NCBI RefSeq assembly: GCF_006345805.1 | Contig: NW_021832445.1 | Span: 1-30,915 of the forward strand | Source of the DNA: Octopus sinensis | Lineage: Eukaryota | Length of the DNA: 30,915 nt | Direction of reading: 5' to 3' | In this document: one piece after another, positions 1 through 10,070 of the stretch | Numbering within the stretch: the first letter of the stretch is position 1 | Layout of the letters: each line of letters opens with the position of its first letter | Program-made: the position numbers and the translations under genes | The notes under the pieces: generated by a model | Database searches by the model: none | The model's input: only the letters and a program-made list of their open reading frames with translations | Told to the model about the DNA's origin: nothing

Positions 1-900
1 ACGCTATTGGATGTAAATAGCGATTTGTAAAATATTTGATGAATGATGGTTTGTCGAGTTGATTGCGAATAACGAATCTTTGTCAGCGGGTGAGAAACGC
101 CTAAGTTGTTGATATGTGGAGTTACAGTGTAAAGTGAGAATTGATGGAGCAAGCTACCACTATGGTTCTCATCATACTGAAACAAATATTCTGGTAACTC
201 AGCTCTGGATTTTACTAGCAAACCACATGAGGTTCATGCATGACTTGATCCCGCTGGGGGTAATTACAGCTTATTGCTTTAAATAGTGAGAACGCTATGT
301 AATTGACGACCGTTTTCTATAATCTTTCACGGTTTAGTTAAAATTCCACTAGGAGTATGTTTAGTAGAGAATGCCTATAGTGGATTTTATCTCACGATTC
401 TTGATCCGAAACCAGCAAAATTTAATCCTTATTTATACATCTGCTTCTAGGAAGTGCGTATAATAAACATGCGTGCACATTTATGAAGCTATTATTTGTT
501 ATTTATTGGTTTGGGTTGATTTAATCTGTTATGCACACGACCTTCGGAAAGCGTAGTGACGTGGTTATCGTTCCTTTTGAACATTTGCAAGTTGGCGCCT
601 GCATGTGACAAGAAACAGAGTATCAAAGAAACGATGTTCTAAGAAGAATTAACTGGCTGTTGTAACGAATGCATGGCGCTGAATGGTATACAGGTCACGG
701 GAGGAGGCGAGACGCGTGGATCGGCGGTATTTGAACAGAGGTGGTAAGAAATCAGTCAGCGTAAATATGCTTGTTTCTAATGTAGTATCCATAGGAAACC
801 AGAAAATTAAGATACATCACGTCAGTGGCTCAGAGATCGGAATGTATTGGTGTGTGACTTCGTGCCTAATCAATCGTGTGGCCCATTATCTGGATGTCAA
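1..900 (-). pseudogene. Highly decayed L2/CR1-like LINE ORF2 remnant (end of AP endonuclease into the linker before RT)
   Basis: Minus-strand translation with stops and frameshifts gives, in the expected order, GHTID*ARSHTPIHSDL*ATDVMYLNFLVSY (cf. APE GHTLDL..SDHFLVSF), LASSRDLYT, FASKIQS and FTNRYLHPIA (cf. KSC.LDPIP). Pattern recognition only. Confidence 0.35.
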
Positions 901-1023
901 CCTAGAACTCAGTATATGTTGCAGTAACTCCATCACAAATGCATTCTATATTATAGAATGTTGTATAATTTAATGCTATTTACTCACAATTTTTCGTCAC
1001 TTATGATATTTCTATATTTAGGT

Positions 1024-1247
1024 TACTCTTTTTATTCTTTTACTTGTTTCAGTCATTTGACTACGGCCATGCTGGAGCGCCGCCTTTAATCGAGCAACTC
1101 GACCCCGGGACTTACTCTTTTGTAAGCCCAGTACTTATTCTATCGGTCTCTTTTGCCGAACCGCTAAGTAACGGGGACATAAACACACCAGCATCGGTTG
1201 TCAAGCAAAGCTTAGGGGACAAACACAGACACACAAACACACACACA

Positions 1248-1295
<48 letters not shown>

Positions 1296-1413
1296 TACAA
1301 CGGGCTTCTTTCAGATTCCGTCTACCAAATCCACTCACAATGCTTTGGTTGACCTGAGGCTATAGTAGAAAACACTTGCCCAAGGTGCCATGCAGTGGGA
1401 CTGAACTCGGAAC
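1024..1413 (-). mobile_element. tRNA-derived CORE-type SINE (family A), 5'-truncated, with internal (CA)/(TA) microsatellite
   Basis: Reverse complement matches the copies at 14160-14760 and 25355-25625 (…CACCTTGGGCAAGTG…TTCTACTATAGCCTC…GCCCGTTGTATAT; tail …CAGTCAAATGACTGAAACAAGTAAAAGAATAAA). Confidence 0.85.
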
Positions 1414-1438
1414 TTATAGTAGAAAACATTATTCTTGA

Positions 1439-1588
1439 GGCGGCGAGCTGGTAGAACTGTTAGCACGTCGGGCAGAATGCTTAGTATTTCGTCCGCCTTT
1501 ACATTCTGATTTCAAATTCCGCCGAGATCGACATTGTCGTTCTCCCTAAGTAATAGTCAAGCTCTAGGGTCAATGTAATTGACTAACA
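1439..1588 (+). mobile_element. Degenerate Deu/Nin-domain-like SINE (family B)
   Basis: Head GGCGGCGAGCTGGTAGAA…TTCAAATTCCGCCGAG matches the reverse complement of 12584-12815. Confidence 0.7.
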
Positions 1589-1633
1589 ATTTAGAAGTAC
1601 TGGCACTGTAAAAAAATTTGAAACTGTTATTAA

Positions 1634-2131
1634 AGGCGGCGTGGCAGGAGAATCATTAGTATGTCGAATAAAATGCTTAGCCGCACTTCTGACGTTTAGA
1701 GTTCAAATCACGCCAAGATCGACAAGAAAGAGCTGAGCACTGGGAGCCAATGTAATCGACTAGTCCCCAAAATTTCACGCTTTTTGCCTATTGTTTTTTT
1801 TTTTTTTTTTCCTTTTCGAACCACGCCTGGCTCATAAGGGCCGGTTTCCCAGTTTCCTTGACGTATAGGTTCCCCACCTGGACGGGACGCCGTTCCGTCG
1901 CAGGTGAGCTACAAGATGCAGGAGAAAAGAGTGAGAGAAAGTAGTGGCGAAAGAGTCAGCAGAAGTTCGCCATTACCTTCTGCCGGAGCCGCGTGGAACT
2001 TAGGTGTTTCGATCATAAACACACACATCGCCCGGTCTGAGATTCGAACCCGCGATCCCTCGACCGCGAGTCCGCTGCTCTAACTACTAGGCCGTGTGCC
2101 TCCACTTGCCTATTGTAGAAAGGATTATTAT
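1634..2131 (+). mobile_element. Degenerate family-B SINE whose tail is interrupted by a younger SINE
   Basis: Head at 1634; the tail CCCCAAAATTTCA…GCCTATTGT|AGAAAGGATTATTATT is split by the insertion at 1795-2105. Confidence 0.65.
1795..2105 (-). mobile_element. Full-length young tRNA-derived SINE (family D, OR-like head, V/Meta-like core, poly(A) tail) with 11-bp TSD
   Basis: Minus strand: GTGGAGGCACACGGCCTAGTAGTTAGAGC (A-box-like) …GGTTCGAATCTC (B box) …GCGTCCCGTCCAGGTGGGG… poly(A). TSD TTGCCTATTGT at 1784-1794 and 2106-2116. Confidence 0.85.
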
Positions 2132-2403
2132 TGTTGCAGTTACCCTTTATTTAGTACGTACGTCGTATCGGCTCCCGAAGTTTTCCTAAATTTTGTTGAA
2201 AATACTTTGTTTAACGTTGTAACTGTTTGTTAAGATTTTAATAGGGAACCAACTTTACTGGGTGAAGTGTCCTAAAAGGGCATCGTGGCTGCACCACACC
2301 TAATAATGAGAAGGGAGTGGATATATATGAGCATGCGACTGCATGCTTTACAAGAGGAGATTTGCACGAGAAAAAAAGCAACGACATCTACTAAAGCGTT
2401 AAC

Positions 2404-2472
2404 GCAGGCAGTGTGGTAAGAAGTGTTCTACTGTAGCCTCGTGTGTTGATGTGGTATAAGCCCGTTGTATAT
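2404..2472 (+). mobile_element. Internally deleted family-A SINE remnant
   Basis: GCAGG…GTGTGGTAAGAAG…TTCTACTGTAGCCTCG…AAGCCCGTTGTATAT are collinear pieces of family A. Confidence 0.5.
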
Positions 2473-2574
2473 ATATGGAGTTAAATACAGGTGTTATTCA
2501 AATCTTTCTACCTCTGTTATACGTTTCGAAGAAAACATTGGTATTATTCCAGAAGGAATAATACCAATAAACGC

Positions 2575-2608
<34 letters not shown>

Positions 2609-2612
<4 letters not shown>

Positions 2613-2697
2613 GTTTGTTTGTATTCCACCTGCCTTCGTCTTTTGTTTATTTCCGTAAACCTGCCTTCGTCTTTTGTCTATTTTCATAAAGGTTACC
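2609..2697 (+). mobile_element. 3' terminal fragment of the Penelope-associated repeat seen at 30270-30324, flanked by (TA)n on both sides
   Basis: TTGTTTGTTTGT.TTCCACCTGC.TTCGTCTTTTGTCTATTTTCATAAAG is shared with 30270-30318; it has a local tandem duplication of CCTGCCTTCGTCTTTTGT. Confidence 0.7.
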
Positions 2698-2727
2698 GTT
2701 ATATATATATATATATATATATATATA

Positions 2728-2830
2728 GGTCTTGAATACCGGAGGTAGAGTAATATACTTCCGACGAACTGGAACGGGAAACTCTAGGTAACAGTTTTTG
2801 TGATTTTTTGCAGCTTTATTAATAAAGTAT
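2728..2830 (+). mobile_element. (TA)n-flanked repeat fragment, homologous to 15555-15640
   Basis: Shared GTCTTGA…CCGA(C)GAA…GAAA.TCT..GTAACAGTTTTT.GTGA..TTTTTGCAGCTTTA…ATAAAG. Confidence 0.6.
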
Positions 2831-2844
2831 GTATATATATATAT

Positions 2845-3400
2845 GACCCCGAAAGGATAAAAGGCAAGGTCGACCTCAGCGGAATTTGAACTCAGAACGT
2901 AACGGCAGACGAAATATCTCTAAGCATTTCACCCTGCATGCTAACGGTTCTGCTAGTTCGCCGCCCTCGCTTCTCAAATATTGGCAGAAGGCCAGGATGG
3001 GAGCTAAGTCGATAATATCGACCCCTGTACCCAACTGGTACTATTTTATTAACTCCGAAAAGATGTAAAGCAAGGGGGATTAAGTTGATTACATCAACCT
3101 CAGTGCATAAGTGGTACTTATTTAATCGACCCCGAAAGGTTAAAAGGCAAAGTCGACCTCAGTGGAATTTGAACTCAGAACGTAGCGGCAGACGAAATAC
3201 CGCTAAGCATTTCGCCCGACGTGCTAACGGTTCTGCTAGCTCACCGCTCTCGCTTCTCAAGTATTCTCAAGTATTTTATTAACTCCGAAACGATGTAAAG
3301 CATTGTCGACCTCAGCGTAATAAGAAATCAGAACGTAAAGATGGACGAAATGGGGGTTGCCCCTTTTTCCTTGCGTGCTAACGATTCTGTCGACTCACCA
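2845..3400 (-). mobile_element. Cluster of three to four family-B SINE pieces, partly a local tandem duplication
   Basis: Repeated GACCCCGAAAGG…AAAGGCAAAGTCGACCTCAG…GAATTTGAACTCAGAACG blocks at about 2845, 3128 and 3305, with shared non-SINE flanks. Confidence 0.8.
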
Positions 3401-3435
3401 CCCTCATTGCTTTTTAAATATTATTACCCTTAAAG

Positions 3436-3637
3436 CAGTGGTTCCCAACTTTTTCACAGTGGTTCCCAACAGTGGCTCTCAACCCCTTTTATTTAAATGA
3501 GTTTCCCACGGACCCCTTTTAATATGCTTATCCTTATGTGTATATTCATATATAAAATTTTGAATTTAGTTCACGGACCCCCAGTACTATCTTTGCAGAC
3601 GACCAGGGGCCCGCGGACCCCAGGTTGGGAACCACTA
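3436..3637. mobile_element. hAT (Charlie-like) MITE, about 200 bp
   Basis: TIR CAGTGGTTCCCAAC / GTTGGGAACCACTA; perfect 8-bp TSD CCTTAAAG at 3428-3435 and 3638-3645. Confidence 0.85.
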
Positions 3638-3645
3638 CCTTAAAG

Positions 3646-3930
3646 GATGAAGACCCATTCGGTCCTGAATGACCATGGGATTGCACCTAGAAGTTCTCGA
3701 AGTACAAATCTGGACAAGGTTCTTTATGGAAGAACAGCAGTCACCTATGCATACCAGCCTCCCCTCTCCACGCCACCAATGTTATACAAGCGAAAGGTAG
3801 AGACCGATACAGCCAGGCGCCAGTGATGTCGCAGTTCATTTCTAGAACAGAGTGGGCTGGAGGGACGTGAAATAAAGTATCTTGCTCAAAAACACAACAC
3901 AGTCCGGTCCGAGAATTGAACTCACTACCA
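3646..3930 (-). mobile_element. tRNA-derived SINE (family C), degenerate
   Basis: Reverse complement is collinear with 23308-23636 (GAGTTC.AT.C.CGGACC…TTGTGT..TTGAGCAAG..ACTTTATT…CTAGGT.CAATCC.ATGGTCATTCA). Confidence 0.75.
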
Positions 3931-4349
3931 CGCTCTTTAATTCATGTGAACAGAATGCCTTCTGTATTACAGTGTTAAAAGTTTTTTAACTTAAATTCAA
4001 CATTTCTAAGATGCAAAAAGATTTATTTTCGCGTGAGACGCGTTTGTTTTTTCTTGAATCGAAGTCTACATATGGGTTATTTAGTATAAGAATTTAGTAT
4101 ATTTATTATAAGAATTTGGTATAAGAACTTACTATTTAACCAGATTAAACAAACAATCCATTAGTTAGTTTGATAGTTAACCAATAGACTAAAATGAGGT
4201 GGAATTGAATGTCATTAATGCTTCTCCCTAGACACAGCAAAATTTATTTCAACACACGAATTCACATAAAGAATCTTGCAAACCAGATACAAAAACAAAG
4301 TTAAAGATTTCGGAAAAACAGATCAGAGAGCATTTACAAATATGGTCTG

Positions 4350-4420
4350 TTATTCTTTTATTCTTTTACTTGTTTCAATCGTTTGACAGCGGCCATGCTG
4401 GAGCTCCGCCTTTAGTCGAA
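4350..4420 (-). mobile_element. Family-A SINE 3' tail fragment
   Basis: TTATTCTTTTACTTGTTTCAATCGTTTGAC.GCGGCCATGCTGGAGC matches 1030-1090. Confidence 0.75.
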
Positions 4421-5921
4421 TATTTAGTGAATATTACTTCTTGTTAAAATGTGTTCTAAATGAGATAAAGACACGCGTAGCAAAATCTTTAGAAATTTCT
4501 AAATAATTAGATAATTAACGATTCTAGAGACTGAAGTAATATGGGATTTGAAATTAAATTAGTTTTTTTTCATTTTAATGTTATGTTGTTGTTTAGCTTT
4601 AAGTAAGCCTGTTATCAAAAATGTTCCAGCCATGACCACCTCATTTTTCCGACATCATAGATACATCACTCAGTCAGTTGAAAACGGTAAAGTTGATTTC
4701 AGGGAAATTTAGCTGGTATTTCTAGCAAGCTAAATGATCATACAGCCTCTTGTACATGTTATTCAGTCTACACGGCAAAATAACTATCATCATCCAACTT
4801 CGAAGAATCGTAAATGAAAACGAGGATGGCTAATTTCGGTTCCCCCTCTAGTCAATATACTCTAGTAACCCAGAATTTCAAGTACAAGTCAATACGGAAA
4901 ATGAGAAATGGACAACTTGAGATATCCATTCTCTTCACTCAAAACTTAACAGTCCCCCCTCCCCCCACACACAAACTACCATTAACTGTCCTAGAACTGT
5001 GGTGCTATTTTTTCATGTTCTCGATAACTAATACTATTTTGACCCTGAATCCTAGAACAGATCCCTAGTTTATCATTGCTTTAACTATAGTTTTTATTTT
5101 TTATTTTTATACTCGCAAAATAAATGAGGTTTGACCACTAAAGTAAACTCTGGACACTAAAGTAAAATAAAGAAATGTTTCGACGTTACACCTGACTGAA
5201 TTTATGACTGACCAGAGCATGTGCTGTGTTCAGCCATGCCTATCGGAACATCATCTCAACACACCATTTCAACACGTTGTAAAAAAAAGAGTAAAAAAGG
5301 ATAACGATAAAGAAAAAAATACAAGGAATATTTGAAGACGAGACCCAAAACTTAAAATTTGCCGCAAATAGGGTAATTTTATGGGGTAGTTTCCAAGTAA
5401 AATATGTGATTAAGGAAAAACTGAATGGTGGGAAAATTGATACTCTTGTCACAATAGGGAACTGAAGTTAATGCTGGCATGTGAGACATGACAAATTGCT
5501 ATTTCTTACGGCACCAGTGGTCAACTCATACAACACCTCGACTATAAAGTTAAAATACACTAAAATGAAGAGGGGGCAGATATGTGATGATTTTCAAGGG
5601 AACAGTTAAAGAAGTCGTAAAGTTCACATACTGTGCTTCTGTCAAACTTTAACACACGCGCTCGCACACACACACTCACACCCTCTCTCACAAACACACA
5701 CACACACACACACATACACACACACGCACGCACAGGGTTACAGGAGTACAATAATTTGACTTCAGGAATTTTTTAACATTTGAAACCGTGTATCTGTCTA
5801 CCTTCTATATTTTAGGGCAGTAGCACGTACGCGCCGACGCAAACACATTCAAACACACACATACATACACATTCATATATACATATACATCCATATAGAT
5901 ATATATATATATACATGAATA

Positions 5922-5970
5922 GTCTTGGGCCGACCAAAGCCTTGTGAGTGGATTTGATGGGCGGTCGTAT
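5922..5970 (+). mobile_element. Family-A SINE internal fragment
   Basis: GGGCCGACCAAAGCCTTGTGAGTGGATTTG. Confidence 0.65.
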
Positions 5971-6839
5971 ACACACACGCGAGTGTGTGTTTTGGTTTCA
6001 CTGTTTGTCTCCAACCACCGCAGGACAATCTGATTTAGTGTGTATATAATTTATGCTTCCAGCTATACATAAAAATAATTTAACATTAAACAGAAGAATG
6101 ACTGTGACTTCAATAGTTCAGCTTACCAAAGGTTCGAAGTCACTATCAATTCATTCTTTTTTGTAAAACTTAACACACACACATACACACGAACGCATGC
6201 GCGCAGACACACACACAAACACAAACATACACACACACACACACACACACATGAACGAAAATATGAATGCAATCGCATGAAAATTTGTGAAAAGTTTACG
6301 GTATTTTTTCTCTTGAGTAATTAAATAAAATTTCAGCATATTATAGAGCAACGCTGAAATTTTACCATACTGAACTTCCCAGTTTCTAAATACCTTTATG
6401 CCACTAATCAAATGGTGGAGAAGGTTGTTTTATGAAATAATCCAAAGAAATTTAGGATTTTCAACGAAGATTAGCTGACACAGTCAAATAGAGCTTTGAG
6501 TTATACGTGTGAACTGATCCCTATATCAACAGAATTCTACAAAATGGCTAAATAATCTCTATATAGATTTATTCCCAGCATGACGCTACCTTGGAAGCTA
6601 GGAACCCGAAATCGCTTCAGCCTGAAATTCCTATTAAATATCATCAAAATTTTACCACCGGCGAAAAAAAATCAATTAGTCATAACTAAGAAAAGACATT
6701 CAATCAAAGTTGTTTAATTCGGCTTGTGGCCATGGAGCCTTGTAGATTAACATCTAGGTTATACTTCGTCTCTTTGGGCATACCTAAATGTCACTTTAAT
6801 TCGCACGTGCGTTATTTAATATATGTGTGTGTTAGTGAG

Positions 6840-7168
6840 TGTGTATTCATATATATATGCATATATGTATATATGTATATGAATAAATATATCAATTAAT
6901 ATGTATATATATGTATGCATGTATGTATGTGTGTATGTATGAGTATATATATATCTATTTATCTATCCATCTATTGATAGATGCGTATATATACATATAT
7001 TTATATGTATATGCATCTCTCTCTTTCTCTCTCTCACTCTCTCTCTCTCTCTCTCTCTGTATATATATATACACATATACATATATTATATACATATATA
7101 CATATACATATGCATATATATGCATATATATATATATTATATATATATATATATATTATATATATATG

Positions 7169-7246
<78 letters not shown>
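6840..7246. repeat. Compound microsatellite (TA/TATG/CT, then GATA at 7170-7246)
   Basis: Read directly from the sequence. Confidence 0.95.
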
Positions 7247-7247
<1 letters not shown>

Positions 7248-7293
7248 GAAAAGGTTAAGATTAGTTGATATATCACTATTAACTTAAGCGTAT

Positions 7294-7520
7294 AATCAAT
7301 GCAGGTAAGGCCAATTTCTAAATTTTCTCGGCAGAATAGAATAACCGACGCATAAGTATTGGTAATACCCAGAGGAATGAAAAATAAATTGATCCATGAG
7401 GAATTTGAACTTAGGAGGCATAAAATCAATGCAGGTAAGGTCAATTTGCTAATTTTCATCTCATTATGGAATAACCGGTGCATGAGTATGGATAATGCCT
7501 ACAGAAATGAAAAATATTCC
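7294..7520 (+). repeat. Diverged tandem duplication, period about 130 bp
   Basis: AATCAATGCAGGTAAGG at 7294 and 7424, followed by collinear GAATAACCG…GCAT.AGTAT…AATGAAAAATA. Confidence 0.75.
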
Positions 7521-7814
7521 GAACTTTCAGAAATCTCTCTTTGTCCCTAAATACTCACACACAGACACCCTCACGCATATGCGTATATAGTTACATACAT
7601 ATATACATACATATACACTGATAGTTTCTAGCATTGGTACTTATAAGCTATATTGCACGAAACTGTCGATCCTTGAGTCACACTGTAGCTTCTGCCGATC
7701 ATCAATTATAAATATTTTTTTACTCGTGTTTTGAGGTCTATTTTCCTGTTCACACCACCAAATCCGTATATGTATATTTGTATGTACTATCTATCTATCT
7801 TTCTATCTATCTCT

Positions 7815-8221
7815 CATTTCTTATTTCTTATTTCTTTATTGCCCACAAGGAGCTAAACATAGAGTGGACAAACAAGGACAGACAAAGGGATTAAATCGAT
7901 TAGATCGGCCCCAGTGCGTACCTGGTACTTAATTTATCAATTAAGGTCGACTTTACCTTTCATCCTTTCGGGGTCGATTAAATAAGTACCAGTTACGCAC
8001 TGGGGTCTATATAATCGACTTAATCCGTGTGTCTGTCCTTGTTTGTCATCTCTGTGTCTAGCCTCTTGTGGGTAGTAAAGAAATATGTACTTAATTTATC
8101 AACCCCGAAATGATGAAAGGCAAAGTCGACCTGGGCTGAATTTGAACTCAGAACGTAACGGCAGACGAAATACTGCAAAGCATTTCGCCCGGCGCGCTAA
8201 CGTTTCTGCCAGCTCACCGCC

Positions 8222-8222
<1 letters not shown>
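7815..8222 (-). mobile_element. Full-length family-B SINE interrupted by an antisense fragment of the same family
   Basis: 3' part at 7815-7940 and 5' part at 8087-8222 on the minus strand; the interruption is flanked by the 16-bp direct repeat GTACTTAATTTATCAA. Confidence 0.85.
7941..8086 (+). mobile_element. 5'-truncated family-B SINE with 16-bp TSD
   Basis: AGGTCGACTTTACCTTTCATCCTTTCGGGGTCGAT…AGTACCAG (Deu/Nin-like domain) to the tail AAAGAAATA; TSD at 7925-7940 and 8087-8102. Confidence 0.85.
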
Positions 8223-8283
<61 letters not shown>

Positions 8284-8425
8284 GTCAGTATGTCTGTCTG
8301 TTCGTCTCTCTATCTATCAATGTATGTATATGTATATGTATGCATGAATGTATGTATGTATGTATGTGTGTGTGTATGTATTGTACACACACATGCATTT
8401 ATACAAACATATATACATACATTAA
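8223..8425. repeat. (CTAT)n followed by TATG/TG compound microsatellite
   Basis: Read directly from the sequence. Confidence 0.9.
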
Positions 8426-9289
8426 TGGTATAGAATAAAGGAGATATCGGATCTTTTCACTTTCGTAGCCTGATTTGTCAAATTTTTCCTACTTAACCAA
8501 ACAATTTGAAACTTCGTATACTGGTAGAATGTGTCAAAAGAAAACTTAATTGTAAACCAGAATGAAAACGGAATTGTAATTTCTAAGTTTAACATTGTTT
8601 AATAATTAGAATTTTAACCAATAGTATTCGGTCTTTCGGCTTGATATTATTTACTCCGTCTCAATAGACGTAACCGCCAATTTGGTGACGTAGTAAACAT
8701 ACATGTGAAATGTAAACACAACTGAAATTTTTTACTCAGTGTATTTTTTATATATTATTAACTAACTTATATATTAAACTTATATATTATATAACTAACT
8801 TAGTTTTTGTAAATTTTCGTATATTTTTTGTGATTTTTATTCCTTACTTTATTCGTGTAACTTTTATTTCTGTAACTTTTTATCTTTGGCAATCTTTCGT
8901 TTGTAGTAGACCTTTCCGTGATAACTGAAATTTTTTACTCGGTGTATGTGTATATGTTTGTATGCATGTATGTGTGTGTGTGTATGTATCTATGTATGTG
9001 TGTGTGTGTATGTATGTGTATGTATGTGTGTGTATGTGTGTGTGTGTTTACATTATTTCGAGTTAAAACGAAAGATTACCTTTGCTATGTAGAAAATAAT
9101 GAGGTTGACTCAATGGAATAATGACAGTGATCGAAGATATAGACAAAATTTTATGTGACCCAAGATATTGCTTGTGATGGTTTTCTGCTAAAGGCATCGA
9201 AGGAGCCATGTGGTGTTATTAAACATGTAAGGCAGCGAAATCTGTCTGTTACCCACAGGCAATGGAGGAATTTGAGATGAAACTGCAAG

Positions 9290-10070
9290 GAGCCGTAGCC
9301 ACAGAGGAATTACTGGTAGCCCCAAAATGCGAGTAATGTCTGGATTCGTAAATTGAACATAGCAACACAAAAGCAAGGAAGACAGGAGTTATTATTAGTA
9401 GTTCAATAGCTGGAGATATAAGAAATATGCGTTAGCAGCTGTTCGATAAACCAGAAGTCGTGCTATGCTCGAGTAATGCTTGAACACAGCACGAATGCAT
9501 GTAGAACAGTTGGTTGCTCTTTGACATCTTGGTCAGGCGCGGCGGACGGCATTACGTAGCATGTAGAGTTTATTTGGAACCGGCAGTAATGCTCGATAGC
9601 ACTGCAAAGACAGTTATTTCTGGAATGTATCAACGCGCCCCGGCCTAAAATACTTCCTGAAAACGTCAGCCAGTTGTTTCGAATCGAGATCCGAAGACGC
9701 TATCACTTTCACCCATCCTCTGTAAGAAAACCATGATGAAGTATTCACCGACCGTATTGCCCGAGTGGCTGAAGGCTATCAGCCTCTGACAGAATTCTAC
9801 GCACCAGATACCCTGCTTCGGTCTACGCTTCATCTAGGGCTACAGCTCCGTCAAAGAAATGAATTGCTTGAAAGATGTCCTACAAGCGACAACCACACCT
9901 GCTTACCGCCAAGGAAACGCTAGAAATGACGCAGCCTCGGCGCATTAATTTACAATTTTAGCCACTACAGCAAACAGCCCGTCTGAGCTGCGGAAAAGAA
10001 ACTGGAAGAGAAAGTGCCCCCGATTTATCATCCATGAAGCGGAGACTGGTGCGACGGAGTGACCATGATA
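9290..10070 (+). pseudogene. Possible very old Ty3/gypsy gag(-protease) remnant
   Basis: Broken frames give TK…VIISSSIAGDIRNM, EQLVAL*HLGQARRTALRSM*SLFG, LFLE…LPENVSQL and DEVFTDRIARV, then RFII..AETGA. The order matches gag motifs (TK..VISSL..E.A.EVRD; LGDRKPSQLLR.M.SL.G; LFL..LP.NV) followed by the protease DTGA. Weak, by eye. Confidence 0.3.

Noticed and set aside
1-236. About 78-codon stop-free frame on the minus strand running off the window edge
   Set aside because: No recognisable product; better explained as part of the decayed LINE remnant or as chance.
447-476. TTCTAGGAAGT…AACATGCGT resembling the outer end of the 15991 inverted repeat
   Set aside because: Only two short words match, with different spacing and no further homology.
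942-960. 9-bp palindrome CATTCTATA-T-TATAGAATG
   Set aside because: Short and AT-rich; expected by chance in 31 kb of this composition.
6911-7175. YI/CV/HT/MYVC-rich ORFs here and at 1044-1352, 10.7-11.9, 14.2-14.9, 16.9-17.4 and 27.1-29.1 kb
   Set aside because: They are translations of dinucleotide and tetranucleotide microsatellites, often open in several frames and on both strands.
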